Shown one piece after another: positions 1-9,901 of a stretch of 64,000 nucleotides of DNA; position 1 is the stretch's first letter, and each line of letters opens with the position of its first letter. The position numbers and the translations under genes were made by a program. The notes under the pieces were generated by a model. That model was not told where the DNA came from, made no database searches, and saw only the letters and a program-made list of their open reading frames with translations. The stretch is from NCBI GenBank assembly GCA_965237675.1, contig OZ250150.1:2304001-2368000 (forward strand), given 5' to 3'. The stretch comes from Candidatus Latescibacterota bacterium. GTDB taxonomy: Bacteria; Latescibacterota; UBA2968; GCA-2709665.

Positions 1-147
1 GCCACAATGCGTTCAATGTGGCGGGAATGGCGCGGGAAGTGACATCGGCCTGGAGCGTCTCCAATGTGTCTGCGTCTCAACCCATTACCCGGCGTTCACC
101 CATGTGAAATAACTTATGCGGTATTGCCGGATTGAGGAGGTGGCCCA

Positions 148-524
148 ATGGTTAAAATGAGCGGCGGCGAAGCGCTCGTGAAATCTCTCGTCAGGGAGGG
201 CGTCGACGTCGTATTCGGAATTCCGGGGATCCAGATGTACGGCATCATCGCCGCGTCCCGTTCTGATCGAGATTCCGCCCGAGGTCGGGGTGGAGCGCGA
301 GGAAGTCCAGCTGCGGAACCCCGCCCGTATCTCGCGGATTGTGCCGAGCCAGGGTGATCTCCGGGAAGCCGCTGACGTCATTGCCAGGTCTCGCATGCCT
401 CTCATATTCGCCGGTGGTCATCGACGTACCCTTCGGGGACATGCCGATACCGCGTGCTCGCCAGATTTCGTTTGTCTACAACCTGCCCTGGACCCATCCC
501 CAGGAAGGCCTGATCCAATCGTGA
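148..524 (+). pseudogene. Thiamine pyrophosphate-binding (acetolactate synthase-like) protein relic with large internal deletions
   Basis: SD gaggagg then MVKMSGGEALVKSLVREGVDVVFGIPG (TPP-enzyme N-terminus). Other frames give EAADVIARSRMPLIFAGG (central domain) and VVIDVPFGDMP...QS* (C-terminus). Only 377 bp, against about 550 aa for the family. Confidence 0.8.
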
Positions 525-684
525 CACGCCGGTTGCAGTCGTTAATCGGGCACTGCCACGTGGGGTGATGCGTATCTGGAGCAGAAGTGACCGGTGGTGG
601 CAATCCCAGTTCGGCTTTTGTTAAACAAGGCCTCGGCGCGCGGTGGCCGAGGTCCCGCCGCCGGGAATCGGAAGGAGATTCGCA

Positions 685-1788
685 ATGGGCGATCCCGTGG
701 TATTGCTTCGGGAAGGAGAGGTGAAATTCCATATGTTCCGGGGAAGCCCGGCCGAGGCAGGCCGGGCGCACGGCTCTCTGGATCCGGACTTTGTGCGCAT
801 GCGGCTCGACGAGTGGTTGACGTGGCCTCACGATTTCGATCACCCTTATTTTCGAAAGAACATGGCGTTCATGCGGCGCGAGTTTCCCGACTTCATGGAA
901 CGGATGGAGGCCTACGGCGCGGCGGCCGGCATCGAGAATTTCGATCACACCTACTATTTGCACATGGTCAACACCGGTCGGGAGGAGGAAGCGTGTTCCG
1001 CATTCGGAATCCTGCTCCGGGACGACGGACCTGCCCTGTTGAGGACGTACGATCCTTCCAATGCCACCGGAAAGGACTATTTCCTGAAAGATCGCTTCGT
1101 GGCCGCGTTTCCCGATTGCAAACCGCACGGATACGTCGGCCAGGGCGGGCATCACTTCTGTGTGGTCCACACTTCCGTCAACGACGCGGGCCTGCTGACG
1201 GGTTGGGCGTCGGGACAGCCGAAGTTTCACTGGCCCGACAATCCGGAACACGTCAGCCTCTTTCAGATCACGGGGCTTGTGCCCCAGCATTGCAAGGACT
1301 GCGAGGACGTCAGGCGGTTTCTCACGGAGTACCGGATTTCAGGCCTGAAAGGGCTTACGGGTACCGCTGTCGACGCCCGGGGAAACATCCTGGGATTCGA
1401 ACTGGAGTCCGAAAACATCGCCTTTCGTGAACCATGCGACGGCATGGTGCTGGAGGTGAACCACTGGCAGCATCCGGACCTGCAGAACCCGGCCCGCGAG
1501 AATCAACGCGATTATTGGGTAAGCCCCTATTTCTACAACTCCCAGAATAGGGTGCAGTACGTGAAATACTACAGGGAGACGTTCAAAAGGATGCGGACGC
1601 TCGAGGAGCTTGTCGATTTTTCGTTCGACGTGCACGCTCCGGGGCGGATCCTGCAGATGCCTGGGGCCAACATTGCGAACTGGCTTACCTCGCACGCGAT
1701 CTTTTTGACTTCCAGGGACCGGAGGATGCGCGTGCACCCGTATCCGCTGGAGAAAGACAGGTACACCGAGGTTGCGTACGCCGGCTGA
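685..1788 (+). CDS. C45-family (acyl-CoA:6-APA acyltransferase-like) Ntn hydrolase
   Basis: ORF 643..1788, start set at ATG 685 after SD aggag. EEACSAFG nucleophile Cys site, SVNDAGL and EVNHW motifs. Confidence 0.7.
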   Translation: MGDPVVLLREGEVKFHMFRGSPAEAGRAHGSLDPDFVRMRLDEWLTWPHDFDHPYFRKNMAFMRREFPDFMERMEAYGAAAGIENFDHTYYLHMVNTGREEEACSAFGILLRDDGPALLRTYDPSNATGKDYFLKDRFVAAFPDCKPHGYVGQGGHHFCVVHTSVNDAGLLTGWASGQPKFHWPDNPEHVSLFQITGLVPQHCKDCEDVRRFLTEYRISGLKGLTGTAVDARGNILGFELESENIAFREPCDGMVLEVNHWQHPDLQNPARENQRDYWVSPYFYNSQNRVQYVKYYRETFKRMRTLEELVDFSFDVHAPGRILQMPGANIANWLTSHAIFLTSRDRRMRVHPYPLEKDRYTEVAYAG

Positions 1789-1885
1789 CCGTCGGCCAAT
1801 TATCCGCTCCGCGCGTGCGCGTCCGAGACCAGGTTCCGGGGCGGCGCGCCCGGCGGATTGTCGGCTTCGAAAGGAGTGTTGCAGG

Positions 1886-3979
1886 ATGCGTGACATACGA
1901 CGCCTGGCCCATTTGCATATCCCCGGGGATTGGGAACCGGAGGAGATCGTACCGGAAGTCAGAAAACTGGGCTTCACCGACCTTTACTTTTTCGTGAATA
2001 AGGTGGAATCGGGCGTCGATATCGGGGGACTCCGCCTATCGACCGCGATGGAAGTCGGGAGGCTGGCCGAGAAAGAAGGGATGGGCGTGCTGGTGAACAC
2101 GGGGTACATGAAATATCACGAGCAGGTCGTGCTGGCCCACCCGGAGCGGCGGATGGTCCTTCGGGACGACGGAACCGTGGACCGGAACGGGGAGACCCGT
2201 CCGGGGCAGGCGCCCACGCCGTTGACCTCGGTTGAAGGACGCATCAGGAACGTGAACTGGCTCTGTCCCTTCAACGAAGCCAATAAGCGGCAGTATAAGG
2301 AAGAACTGCGCCTGCTTGCCGGGATTCCGGCGCTTCGGTTCGTCTACCTGAACGATGAGGGTTTTCTGGGCGCGTACGGCGAGATGGCCTGCTACTGCGA
2401 ATCCTGCCGCGGGCGCTTTGCGGAACACTTTGGCGAGGAGCCGCCGACCCGGATCGATTGGAAGGACACGCTGTGGCGAAACTGGATCAAATGGCGTTTC
2501 GAGCAATGGACGGCGGTGCACGCGGAGTTTCGCGAGGCGGTTCGGAATTCGCGCCCGGAATTGGGTGTGGGAATGGCCACGGCGTGTACCGAGTTGATGG
2601 GGATCCGGCCGTGGGCTTCCGCAGTGGATCTGGGGGCGATGAGCCGGGTCCTGGATTCGATGAACACGGGCATATACCATGGCTCCACGCGCGGCACCCA
2701 TCATTTCGCGCCCCGGTTTACGATCGTCCTCGACATGGCCTCGATCTTCATCGGGGCGCTTCAGGGAAAGCCGTTGCGACTCGCGGTGCAGGCATTCTGC
2801 CCCGGCACGTCGCTGGAGATGACGCGCAAGGACGGCCAGTGGATCGGTATCCTGCCGTACGCGGTGGGCGCGGAGTATGTGAGTCCGTGGTGTTACGAGA
2901 CGTTGAAGGCGTCGCCCGCGCAGTATGAGGGGTATATGGAGACGCTCCGGCTGGACCGCTATCTCAAGGAGACGGAGCCCGAATTTTCCTGCAGCCTGTT
3001 CCACTCCATCCAGAGCGAGGTGTGGCGGTATCACGACGTGGACTACGACGCGATGGCGATTCATCCGTTCGCGCAAATGCTGCGGGACGAGGGTCTGCCG
3101 TATGCGTTTGTGTGGGACAGCCGCCTGGACGAAACGGACCTCAGGAATTCGGGTCCGCTGGTGATGCCGCACGTCTGCTGTCTTTCGGAGCCCCAGAAGC
3201 GACGTCTCACATCGTATCTCGAGGATGGCGGAGGGGTTCTGGCGGTTGCCGGCCTGGGTCTGTGCGACGAGGAAGGACGTCCGGTTGAAGAGACGTTGTC
3301 TTCGCGATGGGGGGTGGCGCTTTCCGGAGACAGGCTGGAGGGCCAGTATCGTCTTTCCTTCACGGACGCCTGCCCGGTGAGAGAAAATATCACGGCTCCG
3401 GTGGTGGTGGAGAATCCGTATGAAGTCGGGCACGTCGAAGGGGAGGTCTGGGCGACGCTCGTGGACGCCCAGGGTCGCGACACGGGCGCGCCGGGCCTGG
3501 TCTCCAGCCGCGTGGGCGAGGGCAGGGTTGTCTACCTGGCGGGCGATCCCGTGCACGATCATCGTGAGCCCGGATATGAACCCCTGGTCAGGCTCCCAAA
3601 CCATACGCGGCGCCTGTTCGGGAATGTGATTAGATTTCTGGCGTGCAGGCCGGCCGGGATCGAGGTGGAGGATTTTCCGCCGGTAACCGCGTATCAGCGC
3701 CTTCGGGCCTGGGACCGCCGGGGGATCAACACGTTTCAGTTCTTCCCCCAGGCGGGACCTCGTTACGCCATCGCGATTGTCGCGTCTTACCTCGGAGCGG
3801 AGGCAACCGTGTCGATCCGATTCCGGATTCCCGCGGGAAAACGGCCTTTGCGAATCTTCAACGGTCTGACGGAAGCATCATGCATGGCGGACGCATCGGT
3901 CGATTCGGAATCCATCCGATATCGTCTACGGATTACCCACGCCGACGGCGTCATCCCGGTGGTGGTGGAATGGGCGTGA
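1886..3979 (+). CDS. Putative glycoside hydrolase (GH42-like TIM barrel with beta-galactosidase trimerisation/GATase-like domain)
   Basis: ATG 1886 after aaggag. WLCPFN, LNDE, CYCESC Zn motif and LVMPHVCCLS...YLEDGGGVL trimerisation-domain pattern. Confidence 0.6.
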   Translation: MRDIRRLAHLHIPGDWEPEEIVPEVRKLGFTDLYFFVNKVESGVDIGGLRLSTAMEVGRLAEKEGMGVLVNTGYMKYHEQVVLAHPERRMVLRDDGTVDRNGETRPGQAPTPLTSVEGRIRNVNWLCPFNEANKRQYKEELRLLAGIPALRFVYLNDEGFLGAYGEMACYCESCRGRFAEHFGEEPPTRIDWKDTLWRNWIKWRFEQWTAVHAEFREAVRNSRPELGVGMATACTELMGIRPWASAVDLGAMSRVLDSMNTGIYHGSTRGTHHFAPRFTIVLDMASIFIGALQGKPLRLAVQAFCPGTSLEMTRKDGQWIGILPYAVGAEYVSPWCYETLKASPAQYEGYMETLRLDRYLKETEPEFSCSLFHSIQSEVWRYHDVDYDAMAIHPFAQMLRDEGLPYAFVWDSRLDETDLRNSGPLVMPHVCCLSEPQKRRLTSYLEDGGGVLAVAGLGLCDEEGRPVEETLSSRWGVALSGDRLEGQYRLSFTDACPVRENITAPVVVENPYEVGHVEGEVWATLVDAQGRDTGAPGLVSSRVGEGRVVYLAGDPVHDHREPGYEPLVRLPNHTRRLFGNVIRFLACRPAGIEVEDFPPVTAYQRLRAWDRRGINTFQFFPQAGPRYAIAIVASYLGAEATVSIRFRIPAGKRPLRIFNGLTEASCMADASVDSESIRYRLRITHADGVIPVVVEWA

Positions 3980-4010
3980 TGCGCTACGAAGTGAAGGGAC
4001 CGGATCAGGG

Positions 4011-6023
4011 ATGAACCGCGAACGCAGTCTCCATGCGCTGGATGAGGGTGTGCGGGACGGCCTGACCCCGCGCGCCTTTCTTATCGGCCTCGCCCTTTGT
4101 GGATTTCTGGGACTGGTGCTGCCGTACAACCGAATGGTGATCCAGGGACGGTGGCTGAACGCGTATTTCATCGACCGCGGCGCGCTCGTACTCCTATTTG
4201 TTCTTGTCCTGTTCGCCAATCCACTGCTCGCCGCATTTAGGAAACGATTCGCCCTGAACCGGGGCGAACTGCTGGCCATTTACGTGATGTTCCTGTTTCT
4301 GCTGCCCGTCTCGCAAATGGTCAAACATCTGATCTCCTACCTGACCGGCGTCACCTACTACGCGACTCCCGAGCGACGCGACCTTGAGGCCGTGTTGCCC
4401 AATATCGTCCCCTGGACGGCCCCGCGGGACGCCGAGGTCGTGCGGGGCCTCTACGAGGGGCTGCCCGACGGGGTGTCGCCGCCCTGGGAGGCGTGGCTCG
4501 TCCCTCTTGTCAGCTGGAGTGCGTTCCTGCTGGTACTCCTCGGGGTGTTGATCTGCCTGGCAGTCATCGTGCGGAAACAGTGGGAGGACCACGAACGGTT
4601 CGCCTTTCCGATCATGCAGGTACCCCTGGCCGTGAGCGAGACCGGAAACGGCAGGTTGGGACGGCTGTTCCGGAGCCGGTTGATGTGGGCGGGGTTCGCG
4701 ATTCCGTTCGTAATCGGGTCGATCAACGCGCTGCACCACTACTTCCACACCGTTCCCCGGATCGGCCTGGTTCACGATATCTGGATCTTCAACGGTACGA
4801 CGCCCTTGCGCCTCAGGCTCCACTTCGCTATCCTGGGGTACACCTATTTCGTGAATACGGACGTGAGTCTGAGCATCTGGGTGTTCAACGTGATTTCCAA
4901 GATTGTCCGTGGTGTACTGGCAGTCCTGGGAGCGGAACGCTACAATGTCTCGGGCGTGGTGGGTCGGTTCAGTTCTCAGGGACACGCGTCGCTTGCCCTG
5001 ATGGGCATGGGGTACATGGTCATCCTGGCGGCCTACAGTCTATGGGTGGGGCGCGAACACCTGCGTCAGGTAGCTGCCAAAGCGCTGGGAAGGCCATCGG
5101 CGGCGGACGATTCGGAAGAGGTGATGCCCTACCGGACGGCCGTGTTGGGTATTGGTGGGGGAACGCTGTATCTGGGGTGCTGGCTATACCAGGCCGGGAT
5201 GTCTCCGCTCGTGATTCTAATGTTGTTCGCCTCCTGTTTCATCGTGTTCCTGGTGATGGCGCGAATCGTGAGCGAGACGGGATTTGTCACCGCGTACTCG
5301 CCCATCAATCCCGCCGAGTTCGCCGTATGCATGGTCGGGTCGTCCGCATTCGGCCCTTCAGGTCTGGTGACGCTGGGGTTCGGCTACGCCTGGACGATGA
5401 CACGGACCAGCACGCTGATGCCACGCGCCGCCGGCGCGCTCTGGCTTGCCCGCCGGATTCGACATAAGCGTGGCCTGGTCTGGGCAATGGGTCTGGCCCT
5501 CGCGGTGGGCCTGATTACCGCAAGCACCATGACGCTCAAACTGGGTTACACCCATGGCGGGCTCAACCTGGACCGTCACTTTCTGGACTACGCGCGCCTT
5601 CCGTTCGACGCTTTCGTGGGCCGCCGCATGCTCGAGCCGAGTCCGATTTTTACCAGAGGGTTTCTCTATCTGGGGTTAGGGGGCACCATAGCCGCTCTGT
5701 TGGCGGTGATGCGGACCCGGTTTGTGTGGTGGCCGCTTCATCCGGTCGCGCTTCCCGTCAGCACCATCGCGTATACGGACTACTTCTTTATCAATGTTCT
5801 TCTGGCCTGGGGGATCAAGAGCCTGGTCTTGAAGTTCGGAGGCGCGAGTTTTTACCGATCGACCCGGCCCATGTTTATGGGGATCATCCTGGGTGAGGCC
5901 GTCTGCACGGGGCTGTGGATTGCCGTGGACTACTTTACGGGGACGGTCTCAAATATGTTCTTTCCCTACGCGGCCGCGCCCGCACCCGGTGTTGACGGAG
6001 GATTACCGGGTGCGTTAGGCTGA
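4011..6023 (+). CDS. DUF6785/DUF6784-type polytopic membrane protein (putative transporter)
   Basis: Many hydrophobic helices. RKQWEDHERFAFP, WWPLHPV and KFGG..YRSTRPMFMGIILGE motifs typical of this family. Confidence 0.75.
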   Translation: MNRERSLHALDEGVRDGLTPRAFLIGLALCGFLGLVLPYNRMVIQGRWLNAYFIDRGALVLLFVLVLFANPLLAAFRKRFALNRGELLAIYVMFLFLLPVSQMVKHLISYLTGVTYYATPERRDLEAVLPNIVPWTAPRDAEVVRGLYEGLPDGVSPPWEAWLVPLVSWSAFLLVLLGVLICLAVIVRKQWEDHERFAFPIMQVPLAVSETGNGRLGRLFRSRLMWAGFAIPFVIGSINALHHYFHTVPRIGLVHDIWIFNGTTPLRLRLHFAILGYTYFVNTDVSLSIWVFNVISKIVRGVLAVLGAERYNVSGVVGRFSSQGHASLALMGMGYMVILAAYSLWVGREHLRQVAAKALGRPSAADDSEEVMPYRTAVLGIGGGTLYLGCWLYQAGMSPLVILMLFASCFIVFLVMARIVSETGFVTAYSPINPAEFAVCMVGSSAFGPSGLVTLGFGYAWTMTRTSTLMPRAAGALWLARRIRHKRGLVWAMGLALAVGLITASTMTLKLGYTHGGLNLDRHFLDYARLPFDAFVGRRMLEPSPIFTRGFLYLGLGGTIAALLAVMRTRFVWWPLHPVALPVSTIAYTDYFFINVLLAWGIKSLVLKFGGASFYRSTRPMFMGIILGEAVCTGLWIAVDYFTGTVSNMFFPYAAAPAPGVDGGLPGALG

Positions 6024-6079
6024 TGTCCGCTCTCGCGCACAAACCTGCGAATGAACCTGCGAATGAACGGAGGGCAGAA

Positions 6080-6850
6080 ATGAACGCGGACAGAACCCCG
6101 GAATCGGGTACGGTCCGAGACAGCGGTATCGAATTGAATCAGACCTGGGATATGGGACGGCTGGTCGATCTGACGTGCGATTACTTCGACGGGATGCCCG
6201 TGGATATGACGGGAACGCTGCCGTCGTTCCGGATGCGGGAACTGGACGAAGAAATGGAGGCCCTGTGCAGGGGCCGTGAGTACCGCAGTTACACCCAGGA
6301 AGTCCGGATGTGCGTTCAGGCCGGCAACTACATGGAGACGGGTGCGCATCTCTACCCCGAAATGGAGTCGGTTGCCGATATCGGCCTGGAACGGCTGTTT
6401 GTATCCGCGGTGGTGATGCAACTTCCCAGAGGGAAAGATGAAAAGGTGACCGCCGCCGACCTGGATGGCGCACTGGCGAGTCTTGGAGAAACGATCCATC
6501 CGGGGGATGCGATCCTGGTCTCCACGGGTTACAATCGGTTTGGCAGCAACGACATTGGCTGCAATCTAACGCCGCATTTCAGCTACGACGCGATTGACTG
6601 GGCGGTGACTCGAGGGCCGTCGATCCTCGCATCGGACATGGCCAGTTGGCACGACGGAGAGGAAGAACCGAGTTTCTGGCCCATGCTCATGAGGTCCGGC
6701 GTGTTGGTGATCGGTTCGCTGTTGAACGTGGCGGAGATTACCGCACCCCGCATCCAATTGATCGCCCTGCCGATGAAGATAAGGGGAGCGTGCGCGTCGC
6801 CGTGCCGGCTGATCGCCGTCCTACCGTCCAGCGGCGCAGACACAGACTGA
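6080..6850 (+). CDS. Cyclase / kynurenine-formamidase-family protein
   Basis: LVDLT N-terminus, GDAILVSTG and LIALPMKIRGACASPCRLIA C-terminus. Start 6080 follows ggagg (alternative 6023). Confidence 0.75.
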   Translation: MNADRTPESGTVRDSGIELNQTWDMGRLVDLTCDYFDGMPVDMTGTLPSFRMRELDEEMEALCRGREYRSYTQEVRMCVQAGNYMETGAHLYPEMESVADIGLERLFVSAVVMQLPRGKDEKVTAADLDGALASLGETIHPGDAILVSTGYNRFGSNDIGCNLTPHFSYDAIDWAVTRGPSILASDMASWHDGEEEPSFWPMLMRSGVLVIGSLLNVAEITAPRIQLIALPMKIRGACASPCRLIAVLPSSGADTD

Positions 6851-6912
6851 AAACGCCGCACCGCGGTGAAAGCCGCAACGGCAAACTGACGTCCAGAATT
6901 GAGGGTATTACA

Positions 6913-8043
6913 ATGAAGATTGGACGAATTTCCACCCATCGGCTCCGGGAATGCGAAATCAGTATGGAGAAGTGGACGCACTTCACGAAATGGAAGGCCA
7001 GCGAGGATTGGATTGAGGACGAAGTCTTTGGCAAGAAGTGGATTTCTCCCACCTGCGTGTGTTTCAATCCGACGGACGGCCTGGTCTACGTGGGGCTGAC
7101 CGCGCTCGATAGGGATATCTTTTATACCTTCGATCCCGCGACGCATACGTGGGAATCGTTGAATTATCCCGGTGAACGGGACCGGTACGGCAGCAAGATC
7201 CACCAGGGTCTGGAGGTGGACGAAGAGGGGCGCGTGTACGCCGGTGTCGCCACGCTGGGCGACGCCGATATCTGGCCCAGGGCCACGGGCGGCCCGATCT
7301 TTCGTTACGATCCCGGGACCAGGGAGTACGAGTTTCTGTGCATCCCGATCGAACACGACTACGTCCAGGGATTCGTGATGGACCGCCAGCGGGGAATCAT
7401 CTACGGGGATACCTTTCCCGGACGAAAAATGTTTCGATACGATATCGGAAGCGGCGCCGCGCAGGAGTTGACCATGCTGGGTGACGTTTCCACCGAGCAT
7501 CTGGCGCTGGATGCGGACGGCGGCGCATGGCACACGTACGAATTGATGCAGTGGGCGGGACGGTATCCGCTCCTGCGCTACGATCCGGACCGGGATGAGA
7601 TCGACTTTACAAACGTGGACCTTCCCGACGTCGGGCCTGGAAAACCGGGTTCCAACCAGATGGATACCGCGCTGCTGACGGAGGATGGATCGCTGTACAT
7701 CGGCACGACCGCCGGGGCGCTGGTGCGGGTGGACCACCGGGGTCCGGGCGTGAGGGTGACGTATCTGGGAAAACCCTACGTCGCGCCGCGTATGAAGGGG
7801 TTGATCGAGGGTCCCGACGGGCTGATCTACGGGGTCAGCGGAGGCGACTACGATACGCACTTCTTCACGTACGACCGCGGGACGGGTCTGTTCAACGACC
7901 TGGGGCCGATTCGGGATACGCAGGACGGGACGCGGTGCTGGCTGGCGCACCATATGTGTATGGTGGACGCCAGGACGTTCATCGTGGCCGAGTCGGACAA
8001 CCACGCAAGGGCGAGCTTTCTGTTCAAAGTGGAGTTGGCTTAA
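6913..8043 (+). CDS. Beta-propeller hypothetical protein
   Basis: Repeating DGxxYxG / FxYDP blades. ATG 6913 after gaggg. Confidence 0.65.
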   Translation: MKIGRISTHRLRECEISMEKWTHFTKWKASEDWIEDEVFGKKWISPTCVCFNPTDGLVYVGLTALDRDIFYTFDPATHTWESLNYPGERDRYGSKIHQGLEVDEEGRVYAGVATLGDADIWPRATGGPIFRYDPGTREYEFLCIPIEHDYVQGFVMDRQRGIIYGDTFPGRKMFRYDIGSGAAQELTMLGDVSTEHLALDADGGAWHTYELMQWAGRYPLLRYDPDRDEIDFTNVDLPDVGPGKPGSNQMDTALLTEDGSLYIGTTAGALVRVDHRGPGVRVTYLGKPYVAPRMKGLIEGPDGLIYGVSGGDYDTHFFTYDRGTGLFNDLGPIRDTQDGTRCWLAHHMCMVDARTFIVAESDNHARASFLFKVELA

Positions 8044-8236
8044 CCGCTGAATAGAACGAAACGCCTATCAGTTCCTGGAATGTTTGGACTTGATACTTGA
8101 AACGCCACCGCCGGCGGATGAACGCGTTCCGGGTGATGTCGCTACCTTTTCTTCAAATGATGAATCATGGCAAGGAAAATCCCGTTGTCCACAAAGGGGC
8201 CACGGGATCGACAATTCGGTCGTCGTCATTCGACAG

Positions 8237-8466
8237 TCATTTTATGAGCTTGAGTCGCTTCAGATCTTCTTCCAACCACCCTATGCTGTCGAGAATACCT
8301 TTCAGGATTTTTGGGCCAAATGTCTTCCTTGGATGATAGTGAATTACGATCCGCGCACCATCCTTATAGAATGGCCTGGTGCCACTTCTCCTTTTTTCCT
8401 CTACCCATCCATCCGCCGTTAGCCTGAATAATTCGCAAGAAAGGCAGTTTCGTTACTCCAAGTCAT
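8237..8466 (-). pseudogene. hicA: HicA-family toxin relic
   Basis: Minus strand reads LTADGWVEEKRRSGTRPFYKDGARIVIHYHPRKTFGPKILKGILDSIGWLEEDLKRLKLIK*. The upstream ATG (MTWSN) is out of frame. Missed by the ORF track. Confidence 0.7.
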
Positions 8467-8599
8467 TGTATTATGGTTACGCAAATAACCTTATAGCAAT
8501 GAATTTGGAAGAAACTACCGTTGGGGCTCAAGATATTCATCACAGGATCCTTTTCTCAAGTCTTTTCGGTGAAAAGTGAAGGGATTGATCATAAGGGAG

Positions 8600-8818
8600 G
8601 ACCTCTCCCCCCGGCCCCCTCTCCTGCAAGGAAAGGGGGAGTTGAACCAGGCGTTGTGCCAACACGGTTTTATATGAGCTCTGATTGAGCGGACCCATCA
8701 CAATATTTCGCCTGGATTTTTTCATCAATCGAAATGGCTTCAGCCAATCTGACCGTTCATCAACCGATCGCAGTTCCCCCTTCCTCTCAGGAAGGGGGGT
8801 AGGGGGTAGGTCTCGTCC
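8600..8818. repeat. Composite palindromic repeat/MITE-like element (gacctctccccccggccccctctcc ... ggtaggtctcgtcc), copy 1
   Basis: Same ends and shared core gcctggattttttcatcaatcgaaatg as 39871-40034. The left-end motif also occurs inverted at 28745-28769. Confidence 0.75.
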
Positions 8819-8961
8819 GCCAAATCCGTCACAGACAGGTTTTTCTTCCGTTTCTCTAATCACCCGGAAGCTGTTTCTGCTTCCTGAAACTGCAATCCGT
8901 GACAATTCATGAATGAATCAGGTTAGAGCACCCATGAGCTTCTCGACGGAAATTCACAGGC

Positions 8962-9507
8962 CTATTCCGACCAGAGTCTCTCGAATTCCAATCGTCCATC
9001 GCCGGCTGATCTCAAGGCGAATACATCCGGATTCGAAAGAGATGCCCATCCATTGTAACCGAAATTGCCGTCTATCGAGTTCAATATAATACTCAGCAGG
9101 TTCCCGTGAGTCACTGCTATCGGGAAACGGTAGTCCCCGTTAAACAGGTCGGTTATGGCTGTCCATCCACGGTCAAACGCTTCGCGCCCCGACTCGCCTC
9201 CGGGCGCGCGCAACGTCCCGTCATCAAAGGAATCGCGGATGACCTCCCGCCAGTTGTCCATCGCTTGCGTCGACAGCCTGCGCTCGATCAGCCGTTGATC
9301 CAGGTGGATGGGCAAACCGTTCCTGGCGGCGAATGGTGCAATGCTCAGCCGCGCCCGGGCATAGGTACTGGAGGCAATCATGTCAATCGGGCAGTCAGAC
9401 AGGAAACCGGCGAGTCTTTCCGCCTGCTCTCGCCCGGTTTCCGTCAGCTCAGCCTCCGCTTCCTGCCCCGAAGATTGACAATGCCTGATCAGTAGCAACT
9501 GTCTCAC
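8962..9507 (-). CDS. Histidine phosphatase (phosphoglycerate mutase-like) family protein
   Basis: LIRHCQS, GGES and VTHG motifs. GTG start 9507 after ggagg. Confidence 0.85.
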   Translation of the reverse strand: MRQLLLIRHCQSSGQEAEAELTETGREQAERLAGFLSDCPIDMIASSTYARARLSIAPFAARNGLPIHLDQRLIERRLSTQAMDNWREVIRDSFDDGTLRAPGGESGREAFDRGWTAITDLFNGDYRFPIAVTHGNLLSIILNSIDGNFGYNGWASLSNPDVFALRSAGDGRLEFERLWSE

Positions 9508-9901
9508 ACTTCCTCCAATCTGAACCGAGCCATACGGCTGCTTCCGGATCTTCCTGGGATTTACCAAATCGGCTGTTTTTATTCCGTCGCGTCGATAGAC
9601 TTGCGAAACGCCAACCTTGCGACGGGATTGCCTTTCAAGACCGCAAGGCCTCTATCTCTTGACGTTTCTCATTTGTTATTTGAGAGATCGTTTATAGAGT
9701 TCAATACCACGGAGGGCCACGCGGGAGATGTTTCGAAGCAGGTCGATCCTGGCATTGTAGTTCTCCAAATCTGTTGTACAACCAAGGAAAATATAGACAC
9801 CAGAGCAAATGTAGAGGGTTAGAAAATCCGGTATGAATTCCCGGAAGAAAATCTCCCCCACGATTCTTGAATGCAACTCCCTTGACAATTGAGGAAAGGC
9901 C

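Noticed and set aside
2036-3604. Long antisense ORFs (also 6583-8004, 17395-19131, 36203-37633, 37665-39659, 42374-43717, 48943-50106)
   Set aside because: They shadow well-supported genes on the opposite strand, as expected from high-GC codon bias, and have no motifs.
6042-6068. 12-bp tandem repeat aacctgcgaatg x2
   Set aside because: Only two units, in frame, and probably upstream of the true start. No evidence of function.
9601-9888. Short AT-rich ORFs between the phosphatase and HAD genes
   Set aside because: No recognisable motif or SD. Possibly a relic, but unsupported.
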